A stretch of DNA of 64,000 nucleotides from Candidatus Nealsonbacteria bacterium (GCA_026396195.1 JAPLXH010000007.1:35006-99005); one strand, 5' to 3'; positions 27,076 to 37,718 are shown, counted from the stretch's first letter. Numbers and translations: made by a program. The notes: a model not told the origin generated them from the letters alone.

Positions 27076-28374
27076 ATGAATCAAGAAATTACCAAACAAA
27101 TAGAAATACCCGAACAGTTTTTTTTAAAAATTCAAAAGGAGATTAACAATATTTCGGATTTCCAAAAAAGCATTGAAAAAAACCTGAATGAAAAAATTAC
27201 CGACCTTATTTCAATAGTTCTGGGAGGATCAATGAGTCTCAAGGCTTCCGACGTCCACATTGAACCTCAGGAAAAAGATTCGAGGTTAAGAGTAAGGATT
27301 GACGGAATTTTACATGAAGTGGCATCCATTCCTATTGAAATTTCTAATAAAATTGTTTCTCGCTTAAAACTCTTGTCTGAGCTTAAATTAAACGTCGCTG
27401 AACGACCCCAAGATGGTCGTTTTTCTATTTTAGTTCAAAATAACCCCATTGAAATCAGGTCTTCTACTTTGCCCTCCCAATACGGAGAATCAATTGTGTT
27501 AAGAATATTAAATCCAAAAGACTTGGTTAGCATAGAAGACTTGGGATTAAGAGAAGATTTATTTAATCTTTTTAAAAATGAAATTAAAAAACCCAACGGA
27601 ATGATTATCGTAACCGGTCCCACCGGCTCCGGAAAAACAACCACGCTTTATACTTTTTTAAAAGACATTCAAAACCCAAAAATTAAAATAATCACCATTG
27701 AAGACCCGATAGAATATCATTTAAAGGGAATTTCTCAAACTCAGGTCGTAGCAAAAAAGGGTTATGATTTTGCTTCCGGACTGAAATCAATTATGCGCCA
27801 AGACCCAGACGTAATATTAGTAGGGGAAATCAGGGACTTGGAAACCGTAGAAATAGCCCTTCAGGCTGCCCTAACCGGACACTTGGTTCTTTCTACTTTG
27901 CATGCTAATGACGCCGCGGGGACGATAACCAGGCTGATTTCCTTGGGAGCAAACCCGGTTAATATCGCTCCGGCCCTAAGCATGGCGGTAGCCCAAAGAT
28001 TAGTGAGAAAAGTTTGCAAAAAATGCGGAAAACGAAGAACCGCTTCAGCAGAAGAAGCGGAAAAAATTAAAGCCGGACTGAGAGACGTAGAAATAAAAAC
28101 AAAAAATTTAGTCCCCTTAATAGATAAAATAAAAATTATTGAAGCTAAGGGATGCAAGGAATGCAATTTCACCGGATATTCGGGAAGAGTCGGAATTTTT
28201 GAAGTTTTTTTGGTGGACCCGGAAATCGAAAAATTTATTTTAACCTCGCCTTCAATTTCTGCTTTAAGGGAAATGATAGTAAAGAAAGGAATGATTACCA
28301 TGCGTCAAGACGGATTAATTAAGGTTTTAGAGGGCACAACTACAATAGAAGAGGTGGAAAGGGTGGTTGAATAA
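27076..28374 (+). CDS. pilB: Type IV pilus / type II secretion assembly ATPase (PilB/GspE family)
   Basis: VTGPTGSGKTTTLY Walker A, Asp/His boxes, C-terminal tetracysteine CKKCGK...CKECNFTG. Confidence 0.85.
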   Translation: MNQEITKQIEIPEQFFLKIQKEINNISDFQKSIEKNLNEKITDLISIVLGGSMSLKASDVHIEPQEKDSRLRVRIDGILHEVASIPIEISNKIVSRLKLLSELKLNVAERPQDGRFSILVQNNPIEIRSSTLPSQYGESIVLRILNPKDLVSIEDLGLREDLFNLFKNEIKKPNGMIIVTGPTGSGKTTTLYTFLKDIQNPKIKIITIEDPIEYHLKGISQTQVVAKKGYDFASGLKSIMRQDPDVILVGEIRDLETVEIALQAALTGHLVLSTLHANDAAGTITRLISLGANPVNIAPALSMAVAQRLVRKVCKKCGKRRTASAEEAEKIKAGLRDVEIKTKNLVPLIDKIKIIEAKGCKECNFTGYSGRVGIFEVFLVDPEIEKFILTSPSISALREMIVKKGMITMRQDGLIKVLEGTTTIEEVERVVE

Positions 28375-28381
28375 AAAAACG

Positions 28382-28501
28382 GCTCCTAGTCTGGGGGAAA
28401 ATTAGGTCGTTAGACCTAAAGACAAAATCTCTCTGAGGAATAGTCTCGAGAAACTCCAGACTACCCGTCAAGAGAAACTCCTGCCCCCAGACTAGGAGCC
28501 A
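28382..28501. repeat. 120-nt structured element closed by a perfect 17-bp inverted repeat (GGCTCCTAGTCTGGGGG ... CCCCCAGACTAGGAGCC)
   Basis: Read directly; internal hairpins TAGGTC-GTTA-GACCTA and AGTCT...AGACT; a duplicated GAGAAACTCC block. Confidence 0.5.
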
Positions 28502-28642
28502 CTTTCTTAATAGCTAATTATATAATACTTTTAATTTTTTGTCAATACCTCTATTCCCTAGAGGTTTATTTTTGGAAAAAAGAATATAATCATATTCTTC
28601 GCTTTAATTTTAAGAAAATATCCTGTTTTAATTTTTAAAATA

Positions 28643-29863
28643 ATGGAAAAAATATTCGTTTTGATATTTTTTTTATCGTTCTGCCTTTTAAAACCGTTGA
28701 GCGCTATTGCCCTTCAACCGTTAGACCTGATAATTAACGAGATTGCCTGGATGGGAACTGAAAAATCTTATAACGATGAATGGCTGGAGCTTTATAATAA
28801 TTCTTCTTTAGAATTAGATCTTGCCGGCTGGAAGATTAAATCGGAAAACAGCAAATTTAATATAGAGCTTGTCGGAAAAATAGCGCCAAAAGGATTTTTT
28901 ATATTAGAAAGAACCGACGACCAAAGCTTGCCTGAAGTTTCGGCTGATTTAATCTACAAAGGAGCGCTGAACAACTCCGGAGAACATATTAAATTGACAG
29001 ACAATGAAAATCAAATAATTGACGAAATAAACTGTGAAAACGGCTGGTTCGCCGGAAACAACGAAACGAAGCAAACCATGGAAAGAAAAAGTCCTTTAGG
29101 GCCGGGCAGTGATAATAATAATTGGTTGTCCTCTGGAAATCCCGGAGGAACCCCCAAAAAAGAGAGCTCAATGGGGGCAAATGAAGTAAAAAGCAAAACA
29201 AACGACGAAAATGGAAGAGTGATGGATAAGGAAATTCAATCCTTTGCTTCGTCCGCTTTTTCGTTTAGCTCTCCTTCCCAAATCTACATAAACGAATTAT
29301 TGCCGTCTCCGGATGGCCCTGACAAAGGAAATGAATGGATAGAAATTTTTAATGGAGGCGACGCCCTTAATCTTTCCGGCTGGCAGATAACGGATGTTTT
29401 AGGAAAAACACAGGTATATTCTTTTCCCCAAGAAACTATTATAAAAAATAATGGCTTTTTAGTTCTTCCCGATTCTTTGACTAAAATTACTTTAAATAAC
29501 GACGGCGATTCGGTTTTATTGATTAATCCTGCCGGCGAAACAATAGACAACATTTCTTTTAAAAAGTCCCCTCAGGGCAAGTCTTATAGCAGAATAAACA
29601 ACGAATGGACTTGGAATTCTTTGCCAACGCCGGGAAAACAAAATATTCTGCCCGACTCAAAAAACAATAGCCACAATACAAGCTCAAGCATTGATTATCA
29701 AAAAATAGAAAAATTAACAAACCCTATTAAAACAAAAGGAATGGCCTCTATCTATCAAACCATTCCTAAGTTTAATTTCTCTTTTATTTTATTGGTCGCC
29801 TTTTCTTTATCTTTTTTGTCCGGAATGTTTTTTATATTATTTAAAAAAAGGTTTTCTGTTTAA
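28643..29863 (+). CDS. Lamin-tail-domain (LTD) repeat surface protein with C-terminal TM anchor
   Basis: Two LTD-like modules (LIINEIAWMGTEKSYNDEWLELYN; IYINELLPSPDGPDKGNEWIEIFN), signal peptide, C-terminal hydrophobic anchor. Confidence 0.55.
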   Translation: MEKIFVLIFFLSFCLLKPLSAIALQPLDLIINEIAWMGTEKSYNDEWLELYNNSSLELDLAGWKIKSENSKFNIELVGKIAPKGFFILERTDDQSLPEVSADLIYKGALNNSGEHIKLTDNENQIIDEINCENGWFAGNNETKQTMERKSPLGPGSDNNNWLSSGNPGGTPKKESSMGANEVKSKTNDENGRVMDKEIQSFASSAFSFSSPSQIYINELLPSPDGPDKGNEWIEIFNGGDALNLSGWQITDVLGKTQVYSFPQETIIKNNGFLVLPDSLTKITLNNDGDSVLLINPAGETIDNISFKKSPQGKSYSRINNEWTWNSLPTPGKQNILPDSKNNSHNTSSSIDYQKIEKLTNPIKTKGMASIYQTIPKFNFSFILLVAFSLSFLSGMFFILFKKRFSV

Positions 29864-29915
29864 TTCTTTCTAAAAAGCTTGATTTAGAAGGGAAACTGAG
29901 ATAAGTTGATAATAT

Positions 29916-30647
29916 ATGAGCGGTCATTCTCATTGGCATTCAATCAAATATCAGAAAGGAATCGCCGATCAAAAACGAGGCAAGGTTTTTTCTAAAATGT
30001 CTCGGGAAATTTCCATTGCGGCAAAAGATAAAGGCAAAGACCCTGACAGCAATCCTTCTTTAAGAATAGCCGTCGAAAAAGCTAAAAAATTTAACATGCC
30101 CAAGGACAATATAGAAAGGGCGATTAAAAGGGGGACGGGCGAGCTCAAGGAAGCGGAATTGGAATCTTTTGTTTTTGAGGCTTACGGTCCGGGAAATGTA
30201 GCTCTAATTATTGAAGGAATCACTGATAATAATAAACGAACATTCCAAGATATAAAGCAAATCCTAAGCCAGAACAACGGAAAAATTGCTAATGAAGGGT
30301 CAGTCAAGTGGATGTTTGAAAAAAAAGGAGTAATAACATTAAGCTTAGAATCCCAGGAGCCGAAAATCAGCAAAGAAGACTTGGAATTAAAAATTATTGA
30401 ATCGGGAGCTGAAGATTTTTTTTGGCACGAAAATTTATTGGAAATTTATTCAAAAGTTGAAAATTTAGAGAAGATAAAAAACAACCTTGAAAATCAAAAA
30501 ATAAAAACAGAAGGGAGTTCCGTAGATTGGGTTGCTAAAAACAAAGTTCAGGTTGAAAAAAAGGAGCTTGATTCTTGTGAAAAACTTTTTGAGGCCCTGG
30601 ATGAAAGCGATGACGTACAAGAAACTTATTCAAACTTACAAGATTAA
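29916..30647 (+). CDS. yebC: YebC/PmpR family transcriptional regulator
   Basis: MSGHSHWHSIKYQKGIADQKRGKVFSK... near-canonical N-terminus. Confidence 0.9.
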   Translation: MSGHSHWHSIKYQKGIADQKRGKVFSKMSREISIAAKDKGKDPDSNPSLRIAVEKAKKFNMPKDNIERAIKRGTGELKEAELESFVFEAYGPGNVALIIEGITDNNKRTFQDIKQILSQNNGKIANEGSVKWMFEKKGVITLSLESQEPKISKEDLELKIIESGAEDFFWHENLLEIYSKVENLEKIKNNLENQKIKTEGSSVDWVAKNKVQVEKKELDSCEKLFEALDESDDVQETYSNLQD

Positions 30648-30668
30648 TTAAGTTTAAAAATAAATTTT

Positions 30669-31166
30669 ATGATTATTTTGGGGATAGACCCGGGAACGGC
30701 GACTACCGGCTATGGAGTTATAGAAGTAAAAAAAAATAAAAATCTCCGAGCCGTTGAATATGGCTGCATCAAAACCAGTCCCGAATCTAAAACCGGAGAA
30801 AGATTAAAAAAAATAAACAGCGAGATATCTGGTTTAATAAAAAAACACCAACCGAAAATTTTAGCTATTGAATCCCTTTTCTTTTTTAGAAACTTAAAAA
30901 CCGCCATCCCGGTCAGCCAGGCAAAAGGAGTAATTCTGCTGGCAGCCGCCAGAAAAAAAGTTCCTGTTATTGAATTTGCTCCCTTGCAGGTAAAATTAAC
31001 TATTACCGGATATGGCTGGGCAGAAAAAGAAAAAGTTCAAAAGAAAGTTAAAAAAATGCTTAATTTAAAAAAAATTCCAAAGCCCGATGATATTTCCGAT
31101 GCTTTAGGAATTGCCATTTGCGGCGCCCTAACAACTAAAATATTATTTAAAAAACAAAAAGCTTGA
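30669..31166 (+). CDS. ruvC: Holliday junction resolvase RuvC
   Basis: MIILGIDPGTATTGYGVIE and catalytic acidic residues. Confidence 0.9.
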   Translation: MIILGIDPGTATTGYGVIEVKKNKNLRAVEYGCIKTSPESKTGERLKKINSEISGLIKKHQPKILAIESLFFFRNLKTAIPVSQAKGVILLAAARKKVPVIEFAPLQVKLTITGYGWAEKEKVQKKVKKMLNLKKIPKPDDISDALGIAICGALTTKILFKKQKA

Positions 31167-31384
31167 CAATAAGTCTCCAAAAAATATAATTGAAGTATGT
31201 TTTAAAAAGGTCGCAAGTCTTAAAAATTTAATTATTAAAAAATGTTTCAAGAAAAAACCGCTTTTTATTTTGACGAAGAAGAAGGAACAAGCACAGGAGA
31301 TGAAGAAATAAAAGAGGGCGAAGAGACAGAGGAGGAGGAAGAGGAAGAAGAAACAGAGGAATAATATTTTTTGCAATATCATAC

Positions 31385-31411
31385 AAAAAACCCGGCTTTC
31401 GCCGGGTTTTT
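31385..31411. terminator. Bidirectional rho-independent terminator (AAAACCCGGC-TTTC-GCCGGGTTTT)
   Basis: Lies between convergent ruvC and tyrS. Confidence 0.6.
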
Positions 31412-31423
31412 GATTTAAAGCGT

Positions 31424-32614
31424 TTATTTTATCTTAACAAATTTTCTTTTGCCTGCCCTCAAAACATCCCCTTTTTTAACCTCTATTGTTTTCTGCCAGT
31501 CTTTTTGGGTTTCGTTATTAATTTTTACCCCTCCCTGCAAGACTAATCTCTTGGCTTCTGATTTAGAAGGAACAAGGCTGGCCATTACCAACAAATCAAG
31601 AATGTTTATTTTTTTCTCTTTAATCAACATTTCGGGAACATCGGAAGGATTTTTTTTGTCTCTAAAAATTCTGTTGAATTCTTTTTCCGCTTCTTGGGCC
31701 TTTTTTTCTCCGTGATAAATTTTTACAATTTCTTTAGCTAGTCTTGCTTTTTGATCACGCAAAGAAACTTTTCTTATTTCTCCAATTTCTTTGCTACCTA
31801 AAAGGGTGCATAGCTTAAAAATAGAAACAATGACTTCATCGGGCAGAGACATTGTTTTGCCGTACATTTCGTTGGAAGAATCATTTAAAGCAATGACTTC
31901 TCCTTCGCTTTTTGACATTTTCTTTCCTCCTTTTTCAGCCGAAATAAGCGGCCAAGTTATAACTATTTTTTCTTTATTTTTATAAGCTTTCATCATCTCT
32001 CTCCCGACCAGCATATTAAAGGTCTGGTCGTTGCCCCCAGCTTCAGCGTCAACGTCCATGGCCACCGAATCGTATCCTTGCAGGACAGGGTAAATAAATT
32101 CATTCAACCAAATTGGCTTTTTTTCTTCTTGTCTTTTTCGAAACATGTCTCTTTCCAACATTCTTTGAACGGTAAAAAAAGATAAAATTTTTAAAAAATC
32201 TTTGGAATTAATTTTCTCCCACCATTCGCTGTTAAACCTTAAAATAGCTGGGTTTTTTCCTTGAAAATCTATTATTTTACCGGCCTGTTCTTGATATTTT
32301 TGACAATTTTTTAAAACCTCTTCTTTGGTTAAGATTTTTCTTTTTTTATCCTTTCCGGTAGGGTCCCCAACTTGAGCGGTAAAATCTCCAATCAATAAAA
32401 TTATTTTATGCCCCAATTCCTGGAATCTTTTTAAAATAAAAAGGTTTACGGAGTGTCCCAGGTGTAAAAAGGGAGCGGTAGGGTCTATGCCGTTATAAAT
32501 CGTAAGCTTCTTCTCTGACTTTAAAACCCTTTTTAGTTCTTCTTTGGAAGGATAAACGTTTTCCAGTCTTTCCAGAATTTCTTCTATTTTTTGTGTTTCA
32601 TTTTCTTTTATCAT
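31424..32614 (-). CDS. tyrS: Tyrosyl-tRNA synthetase
   Basis: HLGH (PTAPFLHLGHSVN) and KMSKS motifs; C-terminal S4 domain. Confidence 0.9.
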   Translation of the reverse strand: MIKENETQKIEEILERLENVYPSKEELKRVLKSEKKLTIYNGIDPTAPFLHLGHSVNLFILKRFQELGHKIILLIGDFTAQVGDPTGKDKKRKILTKEEVLKNCQKYQEQAGKIIDFQGKNPAILRFNSEWWEKINSKDFLKILSFFTVQRMLERDMFRKRQEEKKPIWLNEFIYPVLQGYDSVAMDVDAEAGGNDQTFNMLVGREMMKAYKNKEKIVITWPLISAEKGGKKMSKSEGEVIALNDSSNEMYGKTMSLPDEVIVSIFKLCTLLGSKEIGEIRKVSLRDQKARLAKEIVKIYHGEKKAQEAEKEFNRIFRDKKNPSDVPEMLIKEKKINILDLLVMASLVPSKSEAKRLVLQGGVKINNETQKDWQKTIEVKKGDVLRAGKRKFVKIK

Positions 32615-32695
32615 ATTTTTATATCATACAAAAAAAATAATAAAATTGCCAATTTCCATTAATTTAATTAGAATAATGATAAATATTCCAATTTT

Positions 32696-34870
32696 ATGGC
32701 AATAAGAAAAAAACCCTTAAAAGTGTACCAGGAAAATAAAAAGAAAAAAAGCGTTTTTTTTGTTTTTAAGTTTTTTTTAGCTTGTCTTTTCTTGCTGTTT
32801 TCCGCCTTAATAATAATTTTTATTTATTACGCCAAAGATATTCCTCGCCCTGAAAATTTTTTGGAAAGAAAAATTTTTCAGTCTACTAAAATTTACGATC
32901 GAACCGGCAAGGTTCTTTTGTACGACATCCACGGAGAAGAAAAAAGAGAAATAGTGCCCTTAGACCAAATCTCGGATTATTTAAAAAAGGCCGTGATAGC
33001 AACTGAAGACGCAAACTTCTATCAACATTATGGCATTGACCTCAGGGGAATTGGCCGTTCTGTCTTGATTAATTTAAAACTTAAAAAACAGTCTGATTGG
33101 GTTGGGGGATCGACAATAACCCAACAATTAATCCGTTCTTCTTTATTAAGCCAAGAAAAAACAGCTGAAAGAAAAATAAGAGAAATTGTTTTGAGTTTAG
33201 AGCTAGACAGAAAATATTCCAAAGAACAAATCTTAGAATGGTATTTGAATCAGGTTCCTTTCGGCTCGAACGCTTACGGCGCGGAAGCCGCCAGCCAAAC
33301 CTTCTTTAAAAAGCCTGCAAAAGACCTTTCTTTGGGCCAGGCTGCTATTTTAGCGGCTTTAATCCAAGCTCCGACAAGATTATCTCCTTACGGAGAAGAT
33401 AAAGAAGCTTTGTTAAAAAGAAAAAATTATGTTTTAGATCAAATGGAAAAATTGGGGTTTGTGACAAAGGAAGAAAAAGAAATGGCCCAAAAAGAAGAAA
33501 TAATTTTTTCTGAATTTTCTGAATCAATTAAAGCTCCTCACTTTACCCTTTTTGTTAAAAATTATTTAATCGAAAAATATGGAATTGATTTTTTAGAAGA
33601 AAACGGACTGAAGGTTTATACCAGCTTAGATTGGGAGGCCCAGGAATTAGCAGAAAAACTGGTAAAAGATGGCGTTGAAAATAATAAGAGCTATAACGCT
33701 TATAATGCCGCTTTAGTGGCAATAAATCCAAATAACGGAGAAATTTTAGCAATGGTAGGTTCCGCAGATTGGTTTGGGACTCAATATCCTGTAAATTGCG
33801 TTTCCGGAAAAAATTGCCTGTTTGATCCCAAATTCAACGTGGCCGTTGGAACAAAAAACAGTCCGGGCCGGCAACCGGGGTCAGCTTTTAAGCCCTTTGC
33901 TTATGCCGCTGCTTTTCAAAAAGGATTTACCCCGGAAACAATTTTATGGGACGTTAAAACTGAATTTAACCCTAACTGCAGCCCTGACGGAAACCAACTC
34001 AAAGACCAGTACGGATTAGACTGTTATCATCCCTTTAACTATACCGGCAAGTTTAAGGGACCTCTTAGCTTGCGTAATTCTCTTGCCCAATCCATTAACG
34101 TAACTTCAGTTAAAACCCTTTATTTAGTAGGAGTAGAGAATGCTATAAAAACGGCCCATAGTCTGGGAATTACAACTTTAAACGAAGGGCCTTCTCGTTA
34201 CGGACTGGCTTTGGTTTTGGGGGGAGGGGAAGTAAAGCTAATAGACATGACTTCGGCTTACGGTGTTTTTGCCACAGAAGGATTAGTTGTCCCTCCGGTA
34301 AGTATTTTAAAAATTGAAGATAGTCAGGGTAATCTGATTGAAGAAAATAAAAAAACCCTAAAAAGAGTTTTGGACATTCAAACTTGCAGAAAAATTAATG
34401 ATATTTTATCGGACAACGAAGCAAGAGCTCCAATTTTTGGGTTAAACTCTCCTTTGCATTTTCCGGAATCACAAGTCGCGGTAAAAACCGGAACAACCCA
34501 AGAATACAGAGATGGCTGGGCTATTGGGTACACTCCCTCTATCACGGTGGGAGTATGGGCGGGAAACAATAATAACTCTCCAATGAATAAAGAGCCCGGA
34601 GTGGTCTCCGCTGCTCCTATTTTCCATAAATTTATGGAAAAAATGCTATTAAAATATCCAAAGCAAGAATTTACAAAGCCGGAAAAAACAACGAGTTCAA
34701 TCTCTATTTTAAATGGTGAAATTGACAAACAAAATCCCCACTCTATTCTTTATTATATTGACAAAAATAATTTATCGGAGGCTACGCCTACCGACCCTTA
34801 TCAAGATTATCAATATAAAAACTGGGAAGAAGGGGTTAAATTTTGGGTAAAACAAAATCCGATTTTTTAA
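32696..34870 (+). CDS. Bifunctional penicillin-binding protein 1A (GT51 transglycosylase + transpeptidase)
   Basis: EDANFYQHYGIDLRG transglycosylase motif; SAFKPF (SxxK), SxN and KTG motifs. Confidence 0.85.
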   Translation: MAIRKKPLKVYQENKKKKSVFFVFKFFLACLFLLFSALIIIFIYYAKDIPRPENFLERKIFQSTKIYDRTGKVLLYDIHGEEKREIVPLDQISDYLKKAVIATEDANFYQHYGIDLRGIGRSVLINLKLKKQSDWVGGSTITQQLIRSSLLSQEKTAERKIREIVLSLELDRKYSKEQILEWYLNQVPFGSNAYGAEAASQTFFKKPAKDLSLGQAAILAALIQAPTRLSPYGEDKEALLKRKNYVLDQMEKLGFVTKEEKEMAQKEEIIFSEFSESIKAPHFTLFVKNYLIEKYGIDFLEENGLKVYTSLDWEAQELAEKLVKDGVENNKSYNAYNAALVAINPNNGEILAMVGSADWFGTQYPVNCVSGKNCLFDPKFNVAVGTKNSPGRQPGSAFKPFAYAAAFQKGFTPETILWDVKTEFNPNCSPDGNQLKDQYGLDCYHPFNYTGKFKGPLSLRNSLAQSINVTSVKTLYLVGVENAIKTAHSLGITTLNEGPSRYGLALVLGGGEVKLIDMTSAYGVFATEGLVVPPVSILKIEDSQGNLIEENKKTLKRVLDIQTCRKINDILSDNEARAPIFGLNSPLHFPESQVAVKTGTTQEYRDGWAIGYTPSITVGVWAGNNNNSPMNKEPGVVSAAPIFHKFMEKMLLKYPKQEFTKPEKTTSSISILNGEIDKQNPHSILYYIDKNNLSEATPTDPYQDYQYKNWEEGVKFWVKQNPIF

Positions 34871-35997
34871 GTGCTTTTAATCGGCATTACAACATAAATA
34901 AAATTTTTGTCGTCAACGGGCCTTAACACTCCGGGGCCGTCTTCTCCGTTAAGCTCAAATATTATTTCTTTGCTTTTAATATTATTTAACCCGTCAACAA
35001 GGAAGCGATAATTAAAAGAAATTTCTGTTTTTTCTCCTTTAATTTTTCCCTTCATTTGAGAGCTGCTTTGTCCTAAGTCCGGGTTTTGAGCAAAAACCTC
35101 AATGATCTCTTGACTGGGAGTTGCTTTGATTTTAACTTCATTAATTTTTCCGCTAAACAAACTGGCGGCTTTTATTTGATTAAAAAACTCTTGCCTAGAC
35201 AGAGTTGCGGTAGTTTTAAAATCTTTTGGAATTATTTCTTTATAATTCGGGTATTCTCCTTCAATCAACCGAGATGTAATTTGGACTTCGGGGTGAGGGG
35301 TTTCTTTCATTTTTGACTCAAACATGATTTGATTTGGAGAAAAGAATATTTTTATTTTTTCATAATTTTCTCCAAAAATATTAATTACTTCCCTGATGGT
35401 TTTTTGAAGAACAATTAAAGAAATTTTATCGGGCAAAGACGGTGACTTGGGGATGTTTATTTTTTTTTCGGCCAACCTAAAACTGTCCGTGGCCGCCATT
35501 TCTATGGAGTCTCCGCCCAAACAAAGATAAATTCCTGATATTTCCGGCCTTGTTTGAGAGGAAGAGGCCATGTCCACTATTTGCGTTAAGCCCTGAACCA
35601 GGTCCTGACTGTCTATTTGTAAATTTAGCTCGCTTTTTACTTCCGGAATAATAGGAAAGTCTTCGGGGCCCAATCCTTTTATTTGATTTTTATAATTTTT
35701 CCCCTCCAGGTGCAAAGTATTGTTTTTAACCTCTATGTTTATTTTTTCTTCCGCAATAAAACCAATTAAACTGATTAAAAATTTAGCCGGCACCACAATA
35801 GCCCCCTCTTTTTCGATTTTAGCCAGCGCCCAATATTTAATGCTTAGTTCCAGGTCAGTTCCTGATATTTTTAAAAAATTTTTTTCCGTAGAAAGCAAAA
35901 CATTGTTTAAAACTGGCAAGGTAAAAGATTTTGAAGTGGCCTTGCTAACAATATTTAATCCCCTAAGGAAGTTTTCTTTTAAAATTGAAATCTTCAT
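34867..35997 (-). CDS. dnaN: DNA polymerase III beta sliding clamp
   Basis: MKISILKENFLRGLNIVSKAT...LELSI; three-domain length; sits downstream of dnaA. Confidence 0.85.
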   Translation of the reverse strand: MKISILKENFLRGLNIVSKATSKSFTLPVLNNVLLSTEKNFLKISGTDLELSIKYWALAKIEKEGAIVVPAKFLISLIGFIAEEKINIEVKNNTLHLEGKNYKNQIKGLGPEDFPIIPEVKSELNLQIDSQDLVQGLTQIVDMASSSQTRPEISGIYLCLGGDSIEMAATDSFRLAEKKINIPKSPSLPDKISLIVLQKTIREVINIFGENYEKIKIFFSPNQIMFESKMKETPHPEVQITSRLIEGEYPNYKEIIPKDFKTTATLSRQEFFNQIKAASLFSGKINEVKIKATPSQEIIEVFAQNPDLGQSSSQMKGKIKGEKTEISFNYRFLVDGLNNIKSKEIIFELNGEDGPGVLRPVDDKNFIYVVMPIKST

Positions 35998-36196
35998 AAT
36001 TTTAATAATATTTAATTTTTTATTATTATTGTTGTTATAGAAATTTTTTTAAGGGGTTTTTTAGGCTTTTAGTTGGTGTTGTGCGGAAGTCGTTGTTGAA
36101 AAAATGTTTATAAAATAAGTATTGGGTTGTTTATGTTTTTGGTAAAAAAACAATAGAGGTTTTTTATAAGTTGGTTTTGTTTTTTTTCCACAACAG
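35998..36196. other. Candidate oriC (dnaA-dnaN intergenic region) with DnaA-box-like sites
   Basis: TTTTCCACA and TTATCCACT (each 8/9 to the TTATCCACA consensus) at about 36166-36188, plus an AT-rich tract; conserved dnaA-dnaN / rpmH-rnpA-yidD-yidC-jag neighbourhood. Confidence 0.4.
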
Positions 36197-37552
36197 TTAT
36201 CCACTACATATCTTCTGTTTTATCAACTTGATTTCTTCAACCAAAACTTCGTTTTTTTCAGACTCTTTCGCTATTTTTTCACAACCGTAAATAATAGTGG
36301 TGTGGTCTTTCCCTCCCAGCTTTCTTCCTATGGTAGGAAAGGAACATTTTAATTCTTCCCTTAAAAGATACATAACAACTTGCCTTGGTCTTACTATTTC
36401 TTTTCTTCTGGAGTTGTTTAAAATATCCTCTTCTTTTAAATTATAAAAATCAGCAACGGCCTTAATTAATTGATCGGAGCTTATGACTCTGGGCGGGGCT
36501 TTAATGATGTTTTTTAAAAGATTTTTTGCCGTTTCCAGGTCAGGGATTTTTCCATTTAATCTTTGGCAGGCGATGAGTCGGTTTAGAGCTCCTTCTATTT
36601 CTCTAATATTGGTTTGGACGTTTGAAGCGATAAATTCCAAAACTTTGTCGGAAAATTCCACCTCTTTCTGCTTACTTTTTATTTTTAAAATAGCCAAACG
36701 AGTTTCATAATCCGGATGCCCGATGTCGGCAATCATTCCTCCTTCAAATCTTGACCTCAGTCTTTCTTCAAGCGCCGGAATTGCTTTTGGGAATCGGTCC
36801 GAAGATAAAACGATTTGTTTATTTTTTTCATAAAGAGCATTAAATAAATGGAAAAACTCTTCCTGAGTTTTTTCTTTTCCGGCTAAAAATTGAATGTCAT
36901 CGATAATTAAAACGTCAATTTTTTGATTCTCTTGTTTAAAGCTTTCTATGCTGCCGTTTTTAATGGCGCCTACAATTCCGGTAATAAATTTTTCCGAAGA
37001 AGCATATTTTATTTTTTTATCAGGAAAATTTTCAGAAATTTTATTTCCGATTGCCTGGATAAGATGGGTTTTTCCTAACCCTACTCCTCCGTAAACAAAA
37101 AGGGGATTATAAATAGCCCCTGGGTTTTCAGAAATAGCCCAGCCTGCCGCTTGAGCCATTTCATTGAAGGGTCCGACTATAAAATTTTCAAAAGTATACT
37201 TAGGATTTAAGTTGGTTTCTTTGCTTACTTTTAATTCTTCAAATTCTAACTGAGGAACGCTTTGAGGAGTTGAAAAATATTTTTTTTGTTTTTCTACTTG
37301 GCCTCCGGTTCTATTAATAATGTATTCAACCTCTTTGATTCCTTCATTTAAATCATGCAGGGTTTTTAAAACAAATTTATTGTATTTTTGCTCCAGCCAT
37401 TCTTTAGAAAAAGCATTAGGGACCGAGACCAAAAGCTTTCCTTCTTTTTCTTCTAAAATTTCCGTGTTTCTAAACCATGTTGCAAAATTAGCTTTGGAAA
37501 TGTTAAATTGGATTTGAGCTAAAACAGCTTGCCAAAGTTCTTCTTTGGTCAT
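36197..37552 (-). CDS. dnaA: Chromosomal replication initiator DnaA
   Basis: GGVGLGKTHLIQAIGN Walker A, sensor motifs, C-terminal DNA-binding helix (GGKDHTTIIYGCEKI). Confidence 0.95.
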   Translation of the reverse strand: MTKEELWQAVLAQIQFNISKANFATWFRNTEILEEKEGKLLVSVPNAFSKEWLEQKYNKFVLKTLHDLNEGIKEVEYIINRTGGQVEKQKKYFSTPQSVPQLEFEELKVSKETNLNPKYTFENFIVGPFNEMAQAAGWAISENPGAIYNPLFVYGGVGLGKTHLIQAIGNKISENFPDKKIKYASSEKFITGIVGAIKNGSIESFKQENQKIDVLIIDDIQFLAGKEKTQEEFFHLFNALYEKNKQIVLSSDRFPKAIPALEERLRSRFEGGMIADIGHPDYETRLAILKIKSKQKEVEFSDKVLEFIASNVQTNIREIEGALNRLIACQRLNGKIPDLETAKNLLKNIIKAPPRVISSDQLIKAVADFYNLKEEDILNNSRRKEIVRPRQVVMYLLREELKCSFPTIGRKLGGKDHTTIIYGCEKIAKESEKNEVLVEEIKLIKQKICSG

Positions 37553-37689
37553 AATTTTTTAAAACTTTAAAATTATAGTTCTAAGGTTATATTATAGGGA
37601 TTATATCTCCTGTCAAATGACCTTACTGTTGTAAGGGAAAAGCAAGGAGTTGTTTAAAAGCTGGGGACAAGTTGTGAAAATTTTTAGAA

Positions 37690-37718
37690 TTGACTAACTT
37701 TAAAATCGAGGATATACT
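37690..37718 (+). promoter_or_regulatory. Sigma-70-type promoter for the rpmH-rnpA operon
   Basis: TTGACT-N17-TATACT about 55 nt upstream of rpmH. Confidence 0.5.

Noticed and set aside
31243-31365. 40-codon acidic ORF (MFQEKTAFYFDEEEGTSTGDEEIKEGEETEEEEEEEETEE) between ruvC and the terminator
   Set aside because: A GAA/GAG-repeat-driven open frame with no RBS-like context. Probably non-coding 3' region.
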